A stretch of DNA of 55,709 nt, taken from Tubiluchus corallicola (taxonomy: Eukaryota; Animalia; Priapulida). The DNA lies in contig JAQGDQ010001204.1 in assembly GCA_030141605.1 (NCBI GenBank), positions 1 through 55,709 of the forward strand, in the 5' to 3' direction. Below the pieces are notes generated by a model, which saw only the letters and a list, made by a program, of their open reading frames with translations, did no database searches and had not been told where the DNA came from. The position numbers and the translations under genes are program-made. Positions 1 to 8,929 of the stretch are shown here, piece by piece (the stretch's first letter is position 1; each line of letters opens with the position of its first letter).

Positions 1-2
1 CC

Positions 3-365
3 CAGCACAAGCGATCCACCTACAACTACCTAATCAGACACATACACGGCATCTCGTGGGAGGAGGGAATGATCGAGTACGCAGAATTGGAAAACATTCT
101 ACGACAGACCACCAGAGGCAGGATCACCTACGTCAAGGGTGCAGAGATGTACGATTTCGTCAAAAAACATCTCCCCAAAAATCGCGTGGTCATACGCGTA
201 GAGGATCTGGAAAGCGAGCACCCGCCGCCCGCCATACGTTGGCAGAGCAACGGACGAGGCAGAGCGATTCGGGCGTCCGAAACGATTGCCAACTACGTTC
301 TAACGTGTCAGTCCAAACGGTCAACATCGTCGCCACGGCTTCGTTCTCGCAGCGCTTCGATCTGA
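3..365 (+). CDS. 5'-truncated ORF, uncharacterised putative small nuclease-like protein of the element
   Basis: Frame is open from position 3: QHKRSTYNYLIRHIHGISWEEGMIEYAELENILRQTTRGRITYVKGAEMYDFVKKHLP..., stop TGA at 363-365. The HG(I/L)xWxxGxxxY...YVKG motif resembles a family I recall from Polinton-associated ORFs in invertebrates (not verified). Confidence 0.55.
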   Translation, partial: QHKRSTYNYLIRHIHGISWEEGMIEYAELENILRQTTRGRITYVKGAEMYDFVKKHLPKNRVVIRVEDLESEHPPPAIRWQSNGRGRAIRASETIANYVLTCQSKRSTSSPRLRSRSASI

Positions 366-886
366 ACGAACTCCGGTGGAGAATGGGCGGAAGACGCTAC
401 GAAAGGAAACCGCAAATGCTTCTGCTAAAGCGACTGGGCGGGACGCTGATGATTTTTGCCTCCGGCTCCGTGGTGGCCAACGGTTTTTCGGAGGAAAAAG
501 TACTACGCAATGCGATCGAAGAACTCTCGAAAGGTCTCGGACTGACGCCCGCCGACGGGATCGCAATTCGCACCATCACCGCCAGAGCCAAAATTCGCTG
601 CAGATTGAAACTGGGTGCACTGTACGAAGAACTCGTTCGTCCTTCGACGCATTCTTTTAGAGAAGTGTTTTACGAAGTGGAACTATTTCCCAAACTAACT
701 TGCAAATGCGAGCAAATTACTCTGAACATTTTTCACACAGGAAGCATAATAATGATGGGCGGGACAAAGGTCGAGGATTTCTCTCCCGTTTTCCGCAAAT
801 TTAACGAATTCGTTTTTAACAACAATAACGTTTGTCTGTATCGCATCGACGACAATCCATGTACTCGCTCGTCGTCATTAGTGTAG
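305..886 (+). CDS. Divergent intronless TATA-box-binding-protein-like protein (two TBP core repeats)
   Basis: NIVATASFSQRFDL, TLMIFASGSVVANG, YEVELFPKL and TLNIFHTGSIIMMG align with TBP NIVSTVNL..LDL, TALIFSSGKMVCTG, YEPELFPGL and VLLIFVSGKVVLTG. Start is uncertain: GTG at 305, first in-frame ATG at 383. Stop TAG at 884-886. Confidence 0.88.
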   Translation: MSVQTVNIVATASFSQRFDLNELRWRMGGRRYERKPQMLLLKRLGGTLMIFASGSVVANGFSEEKVLRNAIEELSKGLGLTPADGIAIRTITARAKIRCRLKLGALYEELVRPSTHSFREVFYEVELFPKLTCKCEQITLNIFHTGSIIMMGGTKVEDFSPVFRKFNEFVFNNNNVCLYRIDDNPCTRSSSLV

Positions 887-1021
887 TTTTACTGTAATTT
901 TTGTAATTTGTGTAATTTGCGAAAAAAACGTAAAATGTAGAACTATCATGTCACCATAATAATAATAATAATCTAGTTTTAACACGTATGTATTTTGCAT
1001 AAAAAATGTAAAAAAATTTTT

Positions 1022-1169
1022 TGTAATCCATCAATAAAAAAAGATTTGTGAAAATGCATTTATCGAACTTTGGCGTTTGAAATAAATCTCCACACCTGTA
1101 ATCCATCAATAAAAAAGATTTGTGAAAATGCATTTATCGAACTTTGGCGTTTGAAATAAATCTCCACAC
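1022..1169 (+). repeat. Near-perfect tandem duplication of a ~75-bp unit containing AATAAA motifs
   Basis: TGTAATCCATCAATAAAAAA(A)GATTTGTG...TCTCCACAC at 1022-1095 and 1097-1169, followed by a (CA)n tract to ~1209. Confidence 0.95.
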
Positions 1170-1176
1170 GCACACA

Positions 1177-1211
<35 letters not shown>

Positions 1212-1516
1212 CTAAACCCGCGAGAGAAGTGGTCGCGGAAAAGGGAAGGCACCCGAGAGAGAGAGAAGTGGTCGCGGAAAAGGGCCGGCACTGCGCGAGT
1301 GGCGGGAAAAAGATTTCCCTCATTGCCTGCAGTGGACGATTCCACGCGACGGAGGGGTGGGTTGCAGGGGGGGGTGTCCCCGACCCCCGGGACGGACGTT
1401 TGCATGCGGCGGAGGGGTGGCAGGGGCTCCCCAATTAGCGCCAATTAGCACTAATTAGTCCTCGGCGGGAACTCCACTTCTCCCTTTTTCTTCGTTTGAG
1501 GCGCTTTTTACCTCGT

Positions 1517-1614
1517 TTCACACACTTTCACACACTTTCACACGCTTTCGCGCGCTTTCACGCGCTTTCACGCGCTTTCACACACTTTCGCGCGCTTTCG
1601 AGCGCTTTCGCGCG
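1517..1614 (+). repeat. 10-bp tandem repeat (CRCRCTTTCR)n
   Basis: cacactttca / cacgctttcg / cgcgctttca units, about 9-10 copies. Confidence 0.9.
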
Positions 1615-1657
1615 GTTTAAAATGGGGCGTCAAAAAAAGAAGCCATCCAGGGGCCAG

Positions 1658-1699
1658 GGGTCAATGAACTTTGGTCACGTGACCTAGAGTTCAAGGTCA
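1658..1699. promoter_or_regulatory. Cluster of nuclear-receptor half-sites around a palindromic E-box
   Basis: GGGTCA-A-TGAACT (IR1) at 1658-1670, GGTCACGTGACC perfect palindrome at 1673-1684, TCAAGGTCA at 1691-1699. Function is inferred only. Confidence 0.35.
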
Positions 1700-2329
1700 T
1701 TCGATCCAAATGAAGCCATGCGGGAGGGAAAAACTGCAAAATTTTTACCTCGTTTCACACGCCTTTTCTTCGTTTTTCTTTGTTTTTCGCGCTTTTTCGT
1801 CGATTTCGGTCACGTGCGCACTTTCACACGGGTTTTCACACTTTTTTAGGGGTTTTCCCGGATCTTCGCACTTTTTTAGGGGTGTTTTTCCCCACCCCCC
1901 CGGGGAAATCCCCACCCCCCCGGGAAATCGGCCAGAGGTGTAACATCTATCCTACTTATAAGTATAAATATAAGATATAAATATAAATATAGATACAATG
2001 GGCAATTAATCAAACGCTGATTAAGTAACAGGCAGAACCTATATAAAATCCCTTCAGAAAGTAGATACGTCATATATAAGTTTAATAGGCACACGATTAG
2101 AAGTACTGTTAGCTATTGTAATGTATTCTTAATGCTTTTACATTAGGAATAGAATTACTGAAATTAGAAATTGAGCTTAACCTCACCAGTCGTGTGTACA
2201 TGTGTGACGAACAATAAGCATAAACAGCTTTCATGCCATAAAATAATTTGAAAAAATCATTAATTATCGGATGCCACATTAAAATGAACTTGGCTAATAA
2301 ATGCAAAACAGAGTGAACTGTAAAATAAT

Positions 2330-3002
2330 CGAAACAAACGTGTTCTCAACGTTTAGTGCGAATCCTTGATTTGGATTGATTTAAAGCAAAACCGGATCCA
2401 ATCTTAAACTATAGCTCAAAACAATCTACTCTTTAAAATATTGAAAGGAAACTTTACTATTTTTTAAAATTGACTTTGTGAAAGAACTGTTAAAACAAAA
2501 ACAATTTTGCGTTAGCGCCTCTAGTTTTTAGCTGTTAGTTGCATTTCGCCATTCGTCAGTTAGACGGGCACTAGCGCCTGCATTTCAGGAACGCATTTCC
2601 CGAAAACAGGTGCTGTACCTCTGAGTTCAGATGTGTTAGTTTGTGACGAACTGCACACGTTCGATAGCTCATGCGTGAGCACAGCGGTAAATTTGAAATT
2701 TGAATTTTTAAATTAAAACTTGCCTAGTTTTAGTACAACACACTGAATATCTTACAGTAGCACTGTACTTCAATTTTTGCTTTCGCAAACACGTGCAACA
2801 TGCTCATGGAATATTTTTGTTGTCGAAAATCATGTTAGTTTGTGACGTCATCAATAGTTGGGCTCGCCCACAGTTAATTAAGTTTTAAGTCTATTATTTA
2901 ATTATCAGAAACGCCTTTGCAGTATTAACTGTGTTAAAATGTATACTTTTGCCGGACTTGAAAATGGGGTAGTGTAGGAAAAATCATCCTGTCTTCCTTT
3001 AA
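2330..3002 (+). mobile_element. Interspersed non-autonomous DNA element (Kolobok-like end ...CCT|TTAA)
   Basis: Inverted copy at ~36130-36790; the same 3' end (CATCCTGTCTTCCTTTAA) recurs at ~43810-43930. Confidence 0.7.
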
Positions 3003-3224
3003 ACCAACAAACATAAAATCTTCAATCTCTGTCGGCTTAAACTAATTCATCTTAGAAGTCGTTGAAAATTGGTTATGTTCCAGTCCTGCCGGAAACAACG
3101 CAACGGCTTGCAGTGTGTGGAGCTGCACAAACAGCAAAACTAGAAAAGTAATGCAGATGCTACAAAGTCCAATGGAAAAGCGTCTATTTATTTCACAGCA
3201 CAAAAGACACTATTAAATTCGTTT

Positions 3225-3615
3225 TGAAATCTTGCATCATCTACACGTTGTCGTATTGACTACAGAGCTTGCATTGGCAGTAACGCAAAGCTCAGTAGTT
3301 TGTAAACTGGTAAATTTAAATACTGTTGAAAAGTTTGAATAAATAATCAGAGCATTCGCAGCATACACTTCACTAACTAAGCAAAAGTTTAAATTACTTT
3401 ATCTTGTCAATAAGATTACTAAAATTTTATTGATGAGCCAGTGACGTCTTTTGGTGTAGACTGTGATGTTCAATAGCTGGCACGAACATTTATATTACTA
3501 AGAAATTTCTTTTCCAGCTAGATAAGCCTCTCAAACAGGTAAGCGAAATGCTAACTAATATAACTTTATGTGGAAAGTTTTTTGAGATATACTTTAAAAT
3601 TTCCTTTTCTTCCCA
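3225..3615 (+). repeat. Interspersed repeat family, unclassified
   Basis: Homologous copies at ~11230-11707 and ~39020-39370 (shared ...ATCAGAGCA...TATCTTGTCAA...). Confidence 0.8.
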
Positions 3616-3829
3616 TTTAGATGTTTTTGTGGGAAAGATCCCTTATCTTAAAATAAAAATAATTACAATATCGAAAATGAAATTAGATTTTGTAGTTATT
3701 GCTTTATGCGTGATGTTAATTAGCAGTTTTTTTTATACAATTCGACAAACTGTAAACCAGAGAGTGTACTTAATGTGAATGCTTGTGGCGAGACCGGAAT
3801 TTAGCTCAGTATCAAGGATAATCGTGATA

Positions 3830-4330
3830 ACCTGGTGAGTTGGCTAATTCGTTGGTTGGTTGGTTGGTTGCTTGGTTGATAGCTTGGTTTATGGCAGGTT
3901 GATTAGTTCGCTATTTGGCTGGTTAGTTGGATGCTGGCTTTTTGACTGGTTGTTGGGTTGGTTTGTTGCTAGGTTGGATGCTGACTGGTTGGTGGGTTGG
4001 TTTGTTGCTAGGTTGGATGCTGACTGGTTGGTGGGTTGGTTCGTTGCTAGGTTGGATGCTGACTGGTTGGTGGGTTGGTTTGTTACTAGGTTGGATGCTG
4101 ACTGGTTGACTGGTTGTTGGGTTGGTTTGTTGCTAGGTTGGATGCTGGCTGGTTGACTGGTTGGCTGGTTGCTTGGTTGCTTAATTTGGTTGGTTGGTAT
4201 GTGTGCAAGGTGGTTGGTTCTGTTAGTTGATTTTTTTAGCTTGTTGGTAGTTTGGTTGGTTGGTTAGTTTGTTGCTTTGTTGATTGTTGTTGGCAGTCGG
4301 TCGGTTGGTTAGTCAGTTTTTAGTGGGTTC
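3830..4330 (+). repeat. (TTGG)n-derived satellite with a 39-bp higher-order unit
   Basis: GGTTGGTTTGTTGCTAGGTTGGATGCTGACTGGTTGGTG repeated about 5 times inside a degenerate TTGG tract. Confidence 0.9.
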
Positions 4331-4826
4331 ATCAGTAGAGTGGTTGACTGACCACTGTGTCCAAAAGTCATGGATCATTGTTTGCTGCTGTAAAATTAAA
4401 CTCTTCATTTAAAAGGAAAAACTACAAGCATATAATATATAGTGTACAGTAAGTGAAGTAATTTTATTAAGTAAAAAGTCAGTTTACACAATGTTTTCTA
4501 CAATAACAAACAGTAAGTGAAAATGCAGAGTTTATATTGCATTAAACTTGAATTGATTAAGGTTTTTAATCGTTAGAGAAATCACCCCCTCTTACAATTA
4601 GGCTACAGAGAGCAATTTCAACTAGGTTTATTTATCTATATGTTACATGCTATATATATATAGTGTTGTTACTACTAATTTGTATGTTATTACACTGTCA
4701 TTATTAGATTGTAATCATCACTTATTTACCCCACCAAAATAATAAAAATTATGATTAATATTATGATAATATCTTCAATATTATGATTATGAAATAACCA
4801 GTTTTCTTTTTCGATGATGTTGCAGG

Positions 4827-4980
4827 CTAATTGATATCACAGTGGCAGTACCAGGGATATTTGAATCCATAATGGTTAACTTGATTTGTAGTGAGGTCGA
4901 AACCATGGAGAAGTACTTCTCCATAGAGCTGACGGCAGCGACCATAACAATGCTTGGTATGAAGGCAGCTTGATCCAGGG
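4827..4980 (-). CDS. Spaetzle-like protein, coding exon 3 (terminal)
   Basis: TTTCAG acceptor, PGSSCLHTKHCYGRCRQLYGEVLLHGFDLTTNQVNHYGFKYPWYCHCDIN*. The CxQxY and FxxPxxCxC motifs are typical of Spaetzle-family knots. Minus-strand AATAAA at 4627-4632 and 4463-4468. Confidence 0.85.
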
Positions 4981-5024
4981 CTGAAATGATAGAATTTATT
5001 TATATTTTATTCTATAATAATGGG

Positions 5025-5495
5025 ATAATTATTATTGTTGTTACTGTTGTTACTGCTGCTGTAGTTTTCATCGTCATTGTCATTATTGTTGTGGTTGTCA
5101 TTGTCGTTGTTATTGTTGTTGTCGTCCACGCTGTCATTGTCATTATTATTGTGGTTGTCGTTGTCATCATTGTCGTCATCGTCATCGTTGTGATTGTACA
5201 GTAAAACTGGTGTACAATAATTTTAATTTATTTCAAGTATGCTGCAAATTACAGCACAAACAGGTGGACAGGGCGAAAAAGGCAGCGAGAGTGAGAGAAA
5301 GAGAGAGACAGAGACAGAGAAGGAGGCAGAAAGCTTATGAAAGAAAGAGAGTGAGAGACTGAGAGATTGACAGAGAGGGGAAGAGAAAGAGAGATACAGA
5401 AACGACAGGAATTCGCGAGAAAGGGGGAGAGGGAAAGACAGAGGGGGAAAAAGAGCGAGAGAGAGAAAGAATGAAAGAAAGAATAACGGGAAGAA
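5025..5495. repeat. Degenerate (TTG/TCG)n followed by a GA-rich low-complexity tract in the Spaetzle-like intron 2
   Basis: Direct inspection. Confidence 0.9.
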
Positions 5496-5555
5496 AATGA
5501 CGTTTCGGCTGTGCACAGATGTTTCACATACTCTATCATTGTTACGCAAACTTAC

Positions 5556-5771
5556 GTTTTACATCTCCGGACGTAGAGCTTTTGTCCAGGAAACACGACG
5601 ATGTTGTGACCATTACAAGATTGCACACAAATTGGCCAGTTTATGTTGTACCAGTAGTTCCATGCCGGGCACCCTTTTTGCGGTCCAGAACTTTTTGCGG
5701 TCCGAATCAGCAACCCATCTGCTGTTCCACTTGCTGCTGCCTGACGATTTGCGTTTGAATCAATCGCTGTT
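5556..5771 (-). CDS. Spaetzle-like protein, coding exon 2
   Basis: TTTGCAG acceptor and AC|GTAAGT donor, 216 bp, phase 2-2, open frame ...GCPAWNYWYNINWPICVQSCNGHNIVVFPGQKLYVRRCK. Confidence 0.85.
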
Positions 5772-6587
5772 CTGCAAATTTGATAGAGCTGTGATAATAA
5801 TTCCCTTGAAACTTATACAGGGCTGCCTTTCAAAGCCTGGCAGAAATAGCTACTGTACTTACAAATTACAGAGCGTTTTTCTTTTGAAACTTCATAAGCT
5901 TCGTTCCGAAATAAATAAGCCTTCTAACGGGTGTCAAGACAACAGCCTCAGTTTTGTGTACCACTCAGAAAACTGAAATAACCTTAGAATTGCGATCCTT
6001 TGGCCTTCTAATGACTTTGGACTTGAAGGAAACTCAGTAAGTACAACTTGCTTGATTCTAACCTTTCAGATTGCAGCATTGCAAACCATACTTTCTCACT
6101 GAACGTCATCAAAAAAAAAAAACACCCGGTTTCTAGTATTTTAATAAAAGACGTACCCCTCTTTCTGTACCAGCTTGAGTTCCTGAGATGGTTTCTTCAA
6201 CATCACAGTTGATAGTTGGTGCAAAGAGAAATTTCGAAGAGATAGTTTCAACACTACTCGACATATACTTCCAAATTTTTTAGATTTTAATTTTCGGTAA
6301 AAACAAACAAGTATGCTTCGAAAAATTATAGCTTTACCCAAGGGATACAGAGTATTTAATCTACAGGCAGTGTTATTTCACTGACCCATTGACGTCACTT
6401 TTTGTAATTATCCTCCCTACTAGATAGCTGAATTAATGGGACTACTTTTGTGGATTAATCTATAACAAGCCACCCATGCAGGATTGCCCTTATGGCCCAC
6501 CCTGTCATAATCTGATTCTACACCGAAATCATACCTAGACCATTTTTCGACCGCTTTGTGCGTTTGCGTAATCTAACAAGAACTTAC

Positions 6588-6823
6588 CTTTGAGAGGCCT
6601 GCAGATTGACACATCTTTTTGACGGACTGCTTGGGATCCTGTCGGTAGATATCAGTTGTCCGTCGTTTCCAAGTAGGTCGCTTAACGGCACACAGCAGAT
6701 GCTATTACCCACAGAGCTGCTTCTTGAAGCACTTCTTCCATAGCGGCTGCTTTGACCGCTGGTTAGCGAAAACAGTGTACAGACTAGCATAGCCAGCAGT
6801 ATTGCAGTCAGTGACGATTTCAT
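6588..6823 (-). CDS. Spaetzle-like secreted cystine-knot protein, coding exon 1 (signal peptide and prodomain)
   Basis: ATG at 6823, MKSSLTAILLAMLVCTLFSLTSG signal peptide, donor AG|GTAAGT (phase 2). An acceptor lies ~10 nt upstream of the ATG, implying a 5' UTR exon further up. Confidence 0.85.
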
Positions 6824-7414
6824 TGTTTAGATTCTATAAAGTTTAATGGAAAAAGGAATTACTTGTGGTTTTAGCAAATACTCCCCCAAATGGCATGGAA
6901 AAGATGTACCGAAGTTTTCATCACGATATTATAAAAACAAAACAATAAAATTGCCAGAAAATTACTAGATTGATAATACAGACACTTAAGTATAAATGTC
7001 AAAAATCTGAAGTCATTCCCTTAAATTTGTCCAAAGACACAAAAGTTTTAAGTCAACATGTCAAAAATGTAAATGCGGGAAAAATTTTTTGTCATTAATC
7101 ACTATTATTAAAATTTACAGCAAATGCTCTACGGGTCTATTCTTTTCACTGGAAATTTAACCAAGACGTTTCCTTCAAAAGCAGACACAGTTTCTCAAAT
7201 CTTTAAGGTGTGTTTGATCCCACCACTTAACAGCTCTTATCTTTACTTCCTTTGCATGAAACGGCTCTGTGTGGCCATTGTACACTTTCTCTTTAAGTGA
7301 ATTGCAGATGCTGTAATGCAGAGAGGATTAAGTCCCACTTTTTATTGGTAACAAATCTTTGCCAATGTCTTATTTTCTTTGGCGAATGCCATGACATAAA
7401 CGAATGTAGGTAAG

Positions 7415-7785
7415 AATGGTACAGGAAAAAAATGACTCGTTAAAAATGGCACGGTAAAAATGGTACAAGAAATGGCACAAATGGAAAAGTAGGGAAAAAG
7501 TCACAGGAAAAAATTGCACAAATTGAAAAGTAGGTAAAAATGGCACAGTAAAAAATGGGACAAATGGAAAAGTGGGTAAAGGTGATACAGGAAAAAAATG
7601 GCACAAATTGAAAACTAGGACAAATTGCACAGAAAAAATGGCACAACTGGAAAAGCAGGAAAAATGACACAGGAAAAAATGGCATAAATGGAAAAGTAGG
7701 AAAAAACGGCACAGGAAAAAAATGACACAGAAAAAATGGCACGGTAAAAATGGCACAGGAAAAAACGACACAAATGGAAAAGTAG
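7415..7785 (+). repeat. Degenerate AAAAATGGCAC(AGG) tandem array
   Basis: About 20 short purine-rich units. Confidence 0.85.
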
Positions 7786-8059
7786 ATATAAATTGTACAT
7801 GCACTGCTTTGATACAGATAATTTCAATAAGAAAGCAATTAAAATAATTATGATATGCATTTTTTCCTGTGTCGTTTTTACCTCGCACTGACATAAACTG
7901 TTTGATATCTTTATCGTTTTGCTTCCATGTATTAAGTGGTTTATAGATCAACGCCACTGTTTTTCAGTTGACGAATAGCTGACATTGTTCAGGCTTTGAA
8001 TTTTTTAGCATGCAAAATTTTTAGCCAAAATTTAAAAACCGCTGAAACCACAAATTTGT

Positions 8060-8545
8060 AACTATCACAGTCTAAAACTGATGTACTGTATTTTGACACT
8101 GTGAGGTTTCAGACGAATTACACCTTGTTATAAAATGCCCATATTACAATGATCTTAGAGGAAAATTATATAATCACATCAATGGAATTATACCAGAATT
8201 TTTCCTTATGAGCGATGCAGATAAATTTTTATTTTTGATGAGAAGTAATGATATAGAAGTATTTAAGGCATTTATTGAAAAAGCGTTTTCTAGACATGAT
8301 GAATATACCATGCCATGATCATATCATCGAAAGCGAGGCCAAATGTGTGACAATTTATTTTAAATACTAATCATTAAACTCTTGATTTAAACTCTTGATT
8401 TAAATAACTAACAGGAGCGATTTTATAATATTAATTTTGTTTTGTTTGCCTGCAGTGTCGCTATATTTCAAAATTGAAATTGTATGTATGTCTTGTTTTT
8501 GCTTGTATTGTATGTATTTTGGCACTAATAAATATGATTATGAAT
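8060..8545 (+). mobile_element. LINE (CR1/L2-group) 3' remnant
   Basis: Translates DELHLVIKCPYYNDLRGK, matching the E-H-xxx-CP-Y-xxR C-terminal motif; AATAAA with an ATT-rich tail at ~8527-8550. Confidence 0.55.
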
Positions 8546-8929
8546 ATTATTGTCTAAACCTCTTTCTGTGCCAACTGATGTGTGTACTTAGAATAACTTG
8601 CAGTCAATGTTAATGCGTACATAGCTAGCTTACCTGTATGAAGTTTCTACGCCTTCCTCTGTCAAACTTCAGATATCTGTGTCTTCAGTAACGTTCGTCG
8701 TTATTGGTTGTTCGGTCGCAATTTATAGTGTTGTCAACTTGTCCTGAATTTGAAAACTTGTAAGTTTGTAAATTTTATTATCTTTGCACGAATTCACAAG
8801 TATCTCTGCACGAATTCCCAATGTTTTCCACGAACCCATTTTTAATAGGTTTTTTAATTTTATGCATCAGTTACGACACCCATTTGCACGAGCTGATTTT
8901 ATAATAGTTCTTTAATTTTATGCTTACAA

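Larger units (their letters stand above)
1..1956. mobile_element. Right end of a putative Polinton/Maverick-like (large DNA virus-type) element, truncated by the window start
   Basis: Intronless overlapping ORFs, visibly higher GC/CpG than the flanking host DNA, ~1 kb of modular repeats, abrupt switch to AT-rich DNA after ...CATCTATCCTACT (minus strand reads 5'-AGTAGGATAG). No polymerase, integrase or capsid gene is in the window, so the class is inferred. Confidence 0.55.

Noticed and set aside
56-304. N-terminal 83 aa of the 276-aa ORF in the track
   Set aside because: It starts at GTG, shows no TBP similarity and overlaps the better-supported upstream ORF in another frame. It is probably a shadow frame.
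5497-5976. 159-aa plus-strand ORF
   Set aside because: Antisense shadow of the Spaetzle-like exon 2.
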